Shown here in pieces: positions 27,068 through 35,295 of a stretch of 64,000 bases of DNA (position 1 is the first letter of the stretch; each line of letters begins with the position of its first letter). The translations under genes were made by a program, and so were the position numbers. The stretch is from a virus. Its lineage: Duplodnaviria; Caudoviricetes. The notes beneath the pieces are model-generated. The model ran no database searches, was not told the origin of the DNA, and saw nothing but the letters and a program-made list of their open reading frames with translations. The DNA is taken from positions 22,554 to 86,553 of IMG/VR virus record IMGVR_UViG_3300033120_000761. The stretch is one strand, 5' to 3'.

Positions 27068-27759
27068 GTTCATCATTTATAAAAACGGCATTAGTTTCTT
27101 ATCTCCGCTTTGCTAAAGGGGCTAAACAAGTTGCGACCGAGGCAGGGGAATTTTCTAGTGATGTGTTGGCGATAAAGAAAAAAGAACTTTATGAATTTGA
27201 AGTGAAGGTATCTAAGGCGGATTTAAAAGCAGATTTTAAAAAACCTAAACATAGAAAATACCAAACCAAATATCTAACTACAACTCAAGCAAAACACGTT
27301 CCAAATTATTTCTATTTCGCAGTTCCACCTGAGCTTGCAGAGTTCGCTCTTCAACAAAATCTAACTACGCCGTATGGTGTGGCCGTTGTTCATGTGGGGC
27401 AGTTTTGGAAACGCAGAAGACAGTGGTTCTACTACGGATCTCACCGAGATGAGCTGCTACAGCGTATAACCGATAATCCGGATAAATTAAAGTTGATCGA
27501 AATAGAAAATAATTTATCTTCCGTGAGATATGTTCAGCAGAGATCTTGTCACATCACTTATGAATCATGGGAAGATCCGGCAATGGAAGAGCGAGTTAGA
27601 ATTATTAAAAGAGCAAAGAAGCTTCATAATTTTGAACCACACGAAGCAACCAATCATCAATTAAATGCTAGGGCATCAAGTGAACTTGCTAACTTAAGAG
27701 TTAAATATCACTGGGCAAAAGAAAAGCTGGAAAAGCTTGGGATTAAGATTGAAAAATAA
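27064..27759 (+). CDS. MmcB-like PD-(D/E)XK nuclease-fold protein
   Basis: SDVLAI...YEFEVKVSKADLKADFKK..H...PNYFYFAVP...YGV. Confidence 0.65.
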   Translation: MSSSFIKTALVSYLRFAKGAKQVATEAGEFSSDVLAIKKKELYEFEVKVSKADLKADFKKPKHRKYQTKYLTTTQAKHVPNYFYFAVPPELAEFALQQNLTTPYGVAVVHVGQFWKRRRQWFYYGSHRDELLQRITDNPDKLKLIEIENNLSSVRYVQQRSCHITYESWEDPAMEERVRIIKRAKKLHNFEPHEATNHQLNARASSELANLRVKYHWAKEKLEKLGIKIEK

Positions 27760-27805
27760 CAGACTCTAAACTAGTATTTTAAGTACAATCAATCAAGGAA
27801 AGTCT

Positions 27806-28516
27806 ATGTCAGCTAAGAAAAAAGCGACCTCAAATAAAAAGGTCCCTGCAAAGAAAGTTGTTATGCGCAGACGAGTTGATCCTACTCCTGACGCTCTAAT
27901 TCCAGCTTCATATAATCCACGCGAGTTCGATGAATCAAATAAGAGAGCATTGAAGTCTTCAATGACTAAGTTTGCTGATATCTCAGGTATCACTTGGAAT
28001 CGCCTATCTGGAAATATCGTTACCGGCCACCACAGATGGGAACAGCTCTGTGAGATGTATGGGAAAGATACTCTTACTTTTAAAGAAGTTTCAAAAGATC
28101 TCTACAATATTCTAACTGATGGTGAAGATACCTCATTCACTATGAGAGCCGTTGAGTGGTCTGAATTAGATGAAAAGGCAGCAAACGTTGCGGCTAACTC
28201 TCAATCTCTAATGGGTCGATTTACAGCTGATGTAGATTCTCTCTTAGAAGAAATTAAAGATGGTATGGATGAATTAGATTTCGCCGATCTTAGATTCGAT
28301 GATCTTATGGATATCGAAGATGATGCTGAGGAAGACGCTGACGATGGTGTTTGGCATTCTGATATTGAAAAACTAGAGAAGACTGAAACTAACTTGAATG
28401 GGATCATCACAACGATTAAAGTTGATTGTCCTCAAGAATTAAGATCTGAAATCTTTGCTCTAATCAGCAAGGCAATCGGCGATTCTAAGTATTCTGATAA
28501 GGCAAAAATTAAATGA
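27806..28516 (+). CDS. ParB-like N-terminal domain protein (paralogue of 26387)
   Basis: YNPREF...LKSSMTKFADISGITWN...IVTGHHRW; alignable by eye to 26387 throughout. Confidence 0.8.
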   Translation: MSAKKKATSNKKVPAKKVVMRRRVDPTPDALIPASYNPREFDESNKRALKSSMTKFADISGITWNRLSGNIVTGHHRWEQLCEMYGKDTLTFKEVSKDLYNILTDGEDTSFTMRAVEWSELDEKAANVAANSQSLMGRFTADVDSLLEEIKDGMDELDFADLRFDDLMDIEDDAEEDADDGVWHSDIEKLEKTETNLNGIITTIKVDCPQELRSEIFALISKAIGDSKYSDKAKIK

Positions 28517-29370
28517 AAGAAGAAGCAAAACTCAGAATATTAATCGCCTGGCCTTACATGAGTAAAGATGTAATTGAGTTTCTAAAAGAGAATCAAAAGA
28601 ACATTACTTTCTTATTAGACTCGGGAGCATTCACTGCATGGAAAGCTGGTAAGGAATTAAAGGTTGAAGATTATATCGCCTTTATTAAATCCCTTCCTTT
28701 TAAGCCTTGGAGATATTTCAATCTAGATAAGATTGGAGATCCTGAAGGCTCTCATGAGAATTATGTAAAGATGCTGAAGGCAGGATTAAAACCGCTTCCA
28801 GTATTTACTCGTGGTGAATCACCAGAAATGTTAGAAGAATATTATAAGACTTCTGATGTAGTTGGGATCGGTGGATTAGTTGGTACTCAAGGGAATAAGG
28901 CTTTCGTTAAAGGGATCATGGAGCACGTTGGTGATAGAAAAGTTCACTGGCTTGGATTCAACTCTAAAGAACATCTTGCTCATTATAAACCTTATATGTG
29001 TGATTCAAGTTCATGGGCCGCGGCGGTTAGATTCGCATCGGTTAAGTTATATGATAAGAACGGAAAATGGTATCAGGTAGGGAAGCAAGACTTCGCAACC
29101 AAACCACCAGAACATATTTTAAAACTCATTAAGTCTTATGGGATCGACCCTAAGAGACTCGCTCAAGCTGATCAATGGAAAAATTCTGGTAGAGGCGATT
29201 ACGCCCTAGAACTTTTAACTTGCAGATCGTGGGCAAAATACCAGATCGATATCATGGATAAGCTTGGAGTCAATTTCTTCCTGGCCTGTGCCTCAAAATG
29301 GCAGGTTAGATTGATGCTGGAATCCTGGGCTTATTGGAATGAAGTTAATAAAAAGAAGAAACTCAAATAG
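28513..29370 (+). CDS. dpdA: DpdA-type deazaguanine DNA transglycosylase (TGT fold)
   Basis: LLDSGAF, NLDKIG, GIGG, VHWLG, DSSSW motifs; immediately upstream of queC. Confidence 0.75.
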   Translation: MKEEAKLRILIAWPYMSKDVIEFLKENQKNITFLLDSGAFTAWKAGKELKVEDYIAFIKSLPFKPWRYFNLDKIGDPEGSHENYVKMLKAGLKPLPVFTRGESPEMLEEYYKTSDVVGIGGLVGTQGNKAFVKGIMEHVGDRKVHWLGFNSKEHLAHYKPYMCDSSSWAAAVRFASVKLYDKNGKWYQVGKQDFATKPPEHILKLIKSYGIDPKRLAQADQWKNSGRGDYALELLTCRSWAKYQIDIMDKLGVNFFLACASKWQVRLMLESWAYWNEVNKKKKLK

Positions 29371-29379
29371 GAGGGGTTT

Positions 29380-30123
29380 ATGAGAAATGGTAAGGTAGTA
29401 CTTATCTACTCTGGCGGGATGGATTCAACGGTAGCTCTTTATAAATTATGTGCTGATTATGGCGCAAGTAATGTAAAGGCGATCTCATTCGATTATCAAT
29501 CAAAACATAATGATGAGGAATTCAAGCGTGCGGCTGAAACGACTAAATTCTTAGGTGTAGAGCATGCAAGAATTGATATTTCAAGTGTGGCGGCTCATCT
29601 CAAGTCAGATCTTCTTAAATCAGGTGGTGAAATACCTGAGGGGCATTACGCCGAATCTAATATGAAGAAAACGGTGGTTCCATTTAGAAACGGGATCATG
29701 TTAGCTATCGCCGCAGGGATTGCAGAATCATTTGGAGCGGGGGAGATCGCCATTGGAAATCATAGTGGAGATCACGCCATTTACAAAGATTGCCGCTCTA
29801 CCTTTATCTCGGCGATGAATGAGGCAACCGCATACGGAACTGATCTAAATGTAAATATCATTTCACCTTTTCAACATATGACCAAAGCTCAAATTGCTCT
29901 TCTAGGATCTAGATTAGCGGTAGATTGGAATAAAACATATAGTTGCTATGTTGGGGGGTCAGAACATTGTTCAAAATGTGGAACTTGTATCGAACGTAGA
30001 GCCGCCTTCATTGAAGCCGGTGTAGATGATCCTACCGTTTATACTGACGGAAGAACATCGGAGGAATTCTATTCTGATTTTCAAAAACTCGAAGCAGAAT
30101 TGAAAGAATCGGGTGAAATTTAA
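29380..30123 (+). CDS. queC: 7-cyano-7-deazaguanine synthase
   Basis: SGGMDS PP-loop, VPFRNGIML, YKDCR, SCY...HCSKCGTCIER Zn motif. Confidence 0.95.
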   Translation: MRNGKVVLIYSGGMDSTVALYKLCADYGASNVKAISFDYQSKHNDEEFKRAAETTKFLGVEHARIDISSVAAHLKSDLLKSGGEIPEGHYAESNMKKTVVPFRNGIMLAIAAGIAESFGAGEIAIGNHSGDHAIYKDCRSTFISAMNEATAYGTDLNVNIISPFQHMTKAQIALLGSRLAVDWNKTYSCYVGGSEHCSKCGTCIERRAAFIEAGVDDPTVYTDGRTSEEFYSDFQKLEAELKESGEI

Positions 30124-30140
30124 TTTTTTAAATTATATCA

Positions 30141-30164
30141 GATGGCATGGAAATCTGTGCCATC
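30141..30164 (+). terminator. hairpin after queC
   Basis: GATGGCATGG/CTGTGCCATC stem; poor U tract. Confidence 0.35.
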
Positions 30165-30254
30165 CGCGGTTTAGAATTTAAGAGTCTTGGGTATAACCCT
30201 TTGTTATGAGTACCATAAGGGAACCTACGGCTATGATTAATATTCCTTCACTTA

Positions 30255-30263
30255 TGTTAAAAT
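30255..30263 (+). promoter_or_regulatory. extended -10 promoter element
   Basis: TG-T-TAAAAT upstream of 30347. Confidence 0.45.
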
Positions 30264-30346
30264 TAAATAATTGCTAGTTTGATGTACGGTGCCTCCTTCC
30301 TGATTCGGGACTATAAAAGAGATAGCGAATAAAAAAGGAGGCCCTT

Positions 30347-30649
30347 ATGTCTAGTCCTAAGAAGATCGTATTCACTAAATCTGAATCTTACGCTAAGTTC
30401 TTTAGAGATTATCTAGCTTGGTGTAAGGTGAAAAAGGTCAACCCATTAACGAAAGATCCCAAGTCTATTAAGACCTATTTAAAAGATCTCTCTAAGGGTT
30501 ATCCCTCTTATGAGAAGCCTCGTAAGCCTCAAACCCTAAAGATCAAATTAAACGCGATTAAATGGCATTATGAGCTTAATCACAAAGAAGATCTTCTAGA
30601 CTTCGAGACAGAATTCGACAGTAAGTTTTTCAAAAAATTCGCTGCTTAA
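30347..30649 (+). CDS. stand-alone integrase core-binding (SAM-like) domain-like protein
   Basis: YAKFFRDYLAWC...SIKTYLKDL...KPQTLKIKLNAIKWHY helical pattern; AAGGAGG RBS. Confidence 0.5.
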   Translation: MSSPKKIVFTKSESYAKFFRDYLAWCKVKKVNPLTKDPKSIKTYLKDLSKGYPSYEKPRKPQTLKIKLNAIKWHYELNHKEDLLDFETEFDSKFFKKFAA

Positions 30650-30660
30650 AAAACTAATTC

Positions 30661-30683
30661 AAGGGCTGGCAACGGCCCTTTTT
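30661..30683 (+). terminator. Rho-independent terminator
   Basis: AAGGGC-TGGCAACG-GCCCTT followed by T run. Confidence 0.75.
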
Positions 30684-30877
30684 CTTTCACTTTTCTTAAC
30701 TAATCAAAATCTGTTAATCAATCGAATTATTCATAAATTTAGTCCGTGAATCATATAATATCATACCTAAATGATAGTTTATTTGAGTTGAAGAACGCCT
30801 TCGATCTGATCAATAATTTCTCAAAATTCAAATATCAACACACGCAATAACATCTGCTAACGAAGGAGCAAAAAGTT

Positions 30878-31192
30878 ATGGTTACTGTTACTGAAGTTAA
30901 AATGCACGAGACAAACAATTACTATCGTCAGGCAACGACTCTTTTTCTGAATTTTAATAAAGAAAGAAAAAAGGTACCCCTACCTAAGAATGAAGAAACG
31001 ATCAAGGCGTTTTTGAGAGAATTAAAAGAAGGATATCCAAACAATAAACCAAAGGCTCAAGGGACAGTAAAAGCAAAGCTTGTAGCAATTAGAAATCTTT
31101 ATAAGCTAAATGGCGTTGAAGATGTAGATTTCGATTCTCTTTATAAATTTGTTCCGCAATTATTCCAGACCCAAGAACAGCAAGCTTCTTAA
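30878..31192 (+). CDS. stand-alone integrase core-binding (SAM-like) domain-like protein (paralogue of 30347)
   Basis: TIKAFLRELKEGYP..KP..QGTVKAKLVAIRNLYKLN aligns with 30347; AAGGAG RBS. Confidence 0.5.
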   Translation: MVTVTEVKMHETNNYYRQATTLFLNFNKERKKVPLPKNEETIKAFLRELKEGYPNNKPKAQGTVKAKLVAIRNLYKLNGVEDVDFDSLYKFVPQLFQTQEQQAS

Positions 31193-31199
31193 TCTTTAT

Positions 31200-31235
31200 G
31201 GGATGGTAGAGCTGATCTTTATCATCCCAGTTTTT
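31200..31235 (+). terminator. Rho-independent terminator
   Basis: GGGATGGTA/TATCATCCC stem then AGTTTTT. Confidence 0.7.
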
Positions 31236-31293
31236 ATTTGTAATCACCTATTCTGTAATCTACAATGGAGTAAACCTATTCCAGGATTATTTA

Positions 31294-31764
31294 ATGTCAA
31301 AAAAGTATACCTCAACTAAAGTTTATGATGGCTTTTCAACTTGTTTTAGACAGTGGCGGGCAACCGATACACATTGTTCTAGACTTCATGGATACGGGGT
31401 CAGTTTTAAAGTCTGGTTTGAGGGTGAACTAGATCATAGAAATTGGGTTGCAGATTTTGGAATTATGAAAAGGGCTATTCATAAAATTGATGGTAAGTCT
31501 CCTATGGATTTCTTCAAATGGCTTCTAGACCATACCGTAATTATGTCTGAGGATGATCCGGCCCTGCCAACATTCAGAGAACTTGATAAACAGGGTGTTC
31601 TGCAATTAAGAGTTGTTCCTGATGTTGGATGTGAGAGATTCGCTGAATTTCTTTTACTTAAAGTAAATGAGTTTATTCAAAAAGAAACCGGCGGGAGAGT
31701 CAAGGCTATTCAGCTTGAGTTTTTTGAGCATAATAAAAACAGTGCAATAGCTAAGCTAGAGTAA
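31294..31764 (+). CDS. queD: 6-carboxytetrahydropterin synthase
   Basis: HCSRLHGY, WVADFG, LDHT, CERFAEF, EHNKNSA. Confidence 0.92.
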   Translation: MSKKYTSTKVYDGFSTCFRQWRATDTHCSRLHGYGVSFKVWFEGELDHRNWVADFGIMKRAIHKIDGKSPMDFFKWLLDHTVIMSEDDPALPTFRELDKQGVLQLRVVPDVGCERFAEFLLLKVNEFIQKETGGRVKAIQLEFFEHNKNSAIAKLE

Positions 31765-31776
31765 TCAGCGCAGTTT

Positions 31777-31804
31777 TTGATAAAATCTCGGTCCATGTTA
31801 CACT
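31777..31804 (+). promoter_or_regulatory. sigma70-like promoter with extended -10
   Basis: TTGATA-N16-TACACT with TG extension. Confidence 0.55.
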
Positions 31805-31839
31805 TCTAGTATCTTTTTAATTGATACCAAGGAAGGTAA

Positions 31840-33207
31840 GTGATGGCCGAGACTAATACAAAGTCTAAGACCGACGATTCTCAATTCCGAAAGATAGCTC
31901 TCAAATATTACATTGAAAAAAAGAAAGCAGACCCTAGCTACATTGCTCAAAGAGAAGAAGTAGTTAATGGCTCAAAAGTTCCCCGTAGAGCAATCTATAG
32001 GATCTTTGGTTCTTTTCATAATTTTGTAAAAGAGGCAGAAGCGGAATACATCAGATCACTACCTACATCTGCGCGAGCTTTGCTCTCGGAGAGATCTAAG
32101 AAATTCTGCGTTAATGCAACTAAAGACGAGTGCATAGAAGATCTTAGACAATTACAAAAAAGAAATCCCTTAAAGCATATTACAAGAAACTTTTATAGAG
32201 ACTCAGGAACATTTTCGGATGCTACTTGGAACCAATTCTTTGGAACATTCCAGGAATTTAGAAGATGTGCCGGTTTAGAGTTATCGAGAACTCAACATAA
32301 ATTAGAAAGAGAGATTGCAAAGCACGCTTCCGCTGATCATTACTCTAAATATTATGAAACCCATGTAGCGCCTTTTTATAGAAAATTTGAGAAAGTTCAT
32401 CAATCTTCTAAGCTAAAAAGAATCATGGTTATCTCAGACATTCATGATATTGAATGCGAAGAATTTACATTAGAAGTTTTCATAGCAGAATGTAAAAGGA
32501 AACAACCTGACATCATCGTATTGAATGGGGATATTTTTGATCTATATGAGTTCTCTAGATACACTCAAGATCCAAGGCATATAAAGATCAAGGAAAGGTT
32601 CGAGTTCATTCATAAAAGAGTCTTTAAAGCTCTTAGAGATGCCTGTCCTGATGCTCAGATCGATTTCATTATGGGAAATCATGAGTTCAGATTGATCAAG
32701 TATCTTGCAGATGCTACTCCGAATTTAAGAATTTTATTATCTGATGTAATGGGAATCACTTTTTCAAAAGTATTTGGATTAGATGAGTTCCAGATCAATT
32801 GGGTTTCTAAATTTGATTTAACTGCTTTTACAAAAACTGATATCGCGAACATCATGAAGCAAAATCATAAAATCTATTTCGATACGTTTTGTGTTTCTCA
32901 TGAGCCAGATGCAGTTTTACAAAAATCATATACGGGAACAAATGGGCATCATCATTCGGCCTCGTTAGAAAGCGGATTCAATATGCATACGGGAGTAACT
33001 TCATGGACTCAGACTCCAGCTGCTCACGTTCGGGATGCAGAATATCTATATAAAGTTTCTAAATGGAACACCGGATTTCTAGAAGCAGTAATCAATACAG
33101 AACAAAGACAGGCCATTCAGCGTATTCATCACACACATAACGATTGGTGCGAGATCGATGGAGTTCTGTACGAGAGGAAGGAACGATATGAGCGAAAAGA
33201 AATTTAG
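31840..33207 (+). CDS. calcineurin-like metallophosphoesterase with N-terminal helical (homing-endonuclease-associated-type) repeats
   Basis: SDIH, NGDIFD, GNHE, GHHH motifs; N-terminal repeats ...IFGSFHNF / ...FFGTFQEFRRCAGL. Confidence 0.85.
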   Translation: MMAETNTKSKTDDSQFRKIALKYYIEKKKADPSYIAQREEVVNGSKVPRRAIYRIFGSFHNFVKEAEAEYIRSLPTSARALLSERSKKFCVNATKDECIEDLRQLQKRNPLKHITRNFYRDSGTFSDATWNQFFGTFQEFRRCAGLELSRTQHKLEREIAKHASADHYSKYYETHVAPFYRKFEKVHQSSKLKRIMVISDIHDIECEEFTLEVFIAECKRKQPDIIVLNGDIFDLYEFSRYTQDPRHIKIKERFEFIHKRVFKALRDACPDAQIDFIMGNHEFRLIKYLADATPNLRILLSDVMGITFSKVFGLDEFQINWVSKFDLTAFTKTDIANIMKQNHKIYFDTFCVSHEPDAVLQKSYTGTNGHHHSASLESGFNMHTGVTSWTQTPAAHVRDAEYLYKVSKWNTGFLEAVINTEQRQAIQRIHHTHNDWCEIDGVLYERKERYERKEI

Positions 33208-33607
33208 TATCAGGAGATGCCACGACATAGAATTAGTTAAAAAGCTACATTTAGAAACGTTCCCTACCGATGAGTGGTATTCGAATCCAAAAGCAGAGTC
33301 ATGGGTTGTGTGGTTGGATAAGAAGCCCGTAGGATTTTGCATGGTATCAATATGGGATGGAAAATATGGTTTTTTGGCAAGGGCAGGATTGTTAAGGGAA
33401 GCTCGCGGTTGTGGGCTACATATGCGTTTGATAAAGGTAAGAGAGTCTTTTTGCCGGAGAAATGGTTTTACTAAAGTTCTCACCTACACTAAGATGGATA
33501 ATATTACATCGAATCGTAACTTACAGAAGGCGGGGTTTTATCTTTATATTCCCCAATATTCGTATGCAGATCCAGACTGTTTATACTGGATGAAGGAATT
33601 GAAATGA
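33188..33607 (+). CDS. GNAT-family acetyltransferase
   Basis: RAGLLREARGCGLHMRLI motif A, NITSNRNLQKAGF motif B; ATG 33188 after GAGGAAGG. Confidence 0.85.
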   Translation: MSEKKFSIRRCHDIELVKKLHLETFPTDEWYSNPKAESWVVWLDKKPVGFCMVSIWDGKYGFLARAGLLREARGCGLHMRLIKVRESFCRRNGFTKVLTYTKMDNITSNRNLQKAGFYLYIPQYSYADPDCLYWMKELK

Positions 33608-33903
33608 AATTAGCAGAAGAAGTTTTAAGCTTATTTGAATCCGCCACATTGGTTTATACAGATGTCCTAACCATCGATCCCGATGCTTCCGATTCTTATA
33701 ACGATGAGGCAATTAGGAAGCAGATCATTAAGGAAATAAAACCATTCAATCTGTCTTTTTTAAAATTTAAAGTTTTGGGAACGGAGGGTGAAGACGGTGC
33801 CGAGGTTGAGATTTCAATCAAGGGAGATCCAGATAAGCTTAAAAAATTCGTTAACAAGTATGCTGGTATGGATAACGTAAAAAATCCGGAAGTATTAAAA
33901 TGA
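33604..33903 (+). CDS. putative internal head protein (leader MKLAEEVLSLFE)
   Basis: shared N-terminal leader. Confidence 0.55.
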   Translation: MKLAEEVLSLFESATLVYTDVLTIDPDASDSYNDEAIRKQIIKEIKPFNLSFLKFKVLGTEGEDGAEVEISIKGDPDKLKKFVNKYAGMDNVKNPEVLK

Positions 33904-34199
33904 GTGAGAAAAATCTATCGGTATGTTTGCCGATTCAAAAGGATAAGCCAGAAGATGTTCAGAGATATATGTTCCATTGTCCGGGATGCCAATATGGTCA
34001 TGCATTTGATGAGAAAACATGGCATTTTAACTATGATCTTATTAAGCCTACCCTCACGCCCAGTTATCTTACAGGGCAAGATAATTTTACAAAAATGAGA
34101 TGCCATTCATATATTAGGGATGGGAAAATCCAATTCCTAGATGATTGCTTCCACTCTTTAAAAGGACAGACGGTTGATTTACAACCTCTGCTAGACTAA
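33900..34199 (+). CDS. DUF6527-like zinc-binding protein
   Basis: FHCPGC..GH...W.FN....PTLTPS...RCHSYIRDGKIQFLDDC.H. Confidence 0.7.
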   Translation: MSEKNLSVCLPIQKDKPEDVQRYMFHCPGCQYGHAFDEKTWHFNYDLIKPTLTPSYLTGQDNFTKMRCHSYIRDGKIQFLDDCFHSLKGQTVDLQPLLD

Positions 34200-34300
34200 T
34201 GAAATTAGCCAAGTCACTTACAGTCTTGATCGAAGGTTATTCAGATTCTCTAGATGGGGCAATTAAAATTTATCACGATATTATTAAGGAAACAGCATGA
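34199..34300 (+). CDS. 33-aa micro-ORF carrying the leader (MKLAKSLTVLIE)
   Basis: hand-translated; TAATG and ATGA overlaps on both sides. Confidence 0.5.
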   Translation: MKLAKSLTVLIEGYSDSLDGAIKIYHDIIKETA

Positions 34301-35211
34301 GTTTAGTTAACGACATCAAAGGTCTATTATCAGAAGAATTCATCACGCTTGAGGGATCTCTAGGTATTCCTCGTGATGAGATGCCTCAGATCGATTCTGA
34401 GCATATTGAACCATTCTTAGATTATCTAAAAGAAATTGGGTGCAATACTTCTGAAGTTCAAAAAGAAGCACATGAATTAAAACCTTCTCAAGCTGAATTA
34501 GATCCTGCTAAGGCAGATAAAATTTGGTCAGATGGCGGAACATTCAAGAATCCTATTTTCACATCTAAAGATGGATATGTTCTAGACGGACACCATAGAT
34601 GGCTTGCAGCTTTGAGAAATGCTGATAAAGAAAAGATGAATTGTATCGAGCTAGATTTAGATGCAAGAGAGGCAATTGAAAAAATGCACGAGTTTGAGCA
34701 TACAAAAGTTAGAGGCATCGATGATAAATTGATTGAGAGTCTTGATCGCCTATTAAGAGAGGATGCTGAAAAACTATCTTCTTTAACCAAAGAAGTTCTC
34801 GGTGAATTAGAAATTGAGTGTGCAGAATTTACTAGAGACTGGCCGGATGAAGTATTCACGGCAGATCTTGGTGAGACTATTTTGGACTCTAGGGGTAAAA
34901 AGATCTCAAAAGAACCCGTAATCCATTCAATTAAAATTCTATCTCCATACGATTTATTATCTCAGTTCTTAGATAATTTTGATAAGCAAATTAATACTAA
35001 AGACGTTAAAGAATCGGACTATGCGACTGTTTTTTCAGGATTGATTGGAAATTCTTATGAACTTCAAAGCTCTACTGACTTCAAAAAAGAAGGTGGTGAA
35101 TCTGAAGGATCAGAAGACATTTTCTTCACAATCAAAATTATTTCATTGAAATATAACCCGCGAGCTGGAATAATTGAGGTTAAGTTCAAAGAAAGTAATT
35201 TTAACCTCTAG
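34297..35211 (+). CDS. ParB/sulfiredoxin-like domain protein, putative internal head protein
   Basis: LKPSQ...PIFTSKDGYVLDGHHRW; leader MSLVNDIKGLLSE. Confidence 0.65.
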   Translation: MSLVNDIKGLLSEEFITLEGSLGIPRDEMPQIDSEHIEPFLDYLKEIGCNTSEVQKEAHELKPSQAELDPAKADKIWSDGGTFKNPIFTSKDGYVLDGHHRWLAALRNADKEKMNCIELDLDAREAIEKMHEFEHTKVRGIDDKLIESLDRLLREDAEKLSSLTKEVLGELEIECAEFTRDWPDEVFTADLGETILDSRGKKISKEPVIHSIKILSPYDLLSQFLDNFDKQINTKDVKESDYATVFSGLIGNSYELQSSTDFKKEGGESEGSEDIFFTIKIISLKYNPRAGIIEVKFKESNFNL

Positions 35212-35221
35212 ATTGTATCCG

Positions 35222-35280
35222 ATGGGGAAACTCATACTTTCAAACGAAAGAATTTTTCACATTCTCTAGGATGAAGGAAA
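35222..35280 (+). pseudogene. degenerate duplicate of the queE 5' end
   Basis: 35241-35280 matches 35911-35950 at 36/40 nt; reads MGKLILSNERIFHIL*DEG versus QueE MSGNTIVLANERIFHTLQGEG. Confidence 0.8.
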
Positions 35281-35295
35281 TAAAAAAGGAAAAAA

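Noticed and set aside
30291-30342. Hammerhead ribozyme or preQ1 riboswitch
   Set aside because: Lacks the CUGANGA/GAAA core and the preQ1 consensus; kept only as a generic RBS-sequestering structure
30347-31192. Integrase / temperate lifestyle
   Set aside because: Only core-binding-like fragments; no catalytic R-H-R-Y recombinase domain, att site or repressor-antirepressor module seen
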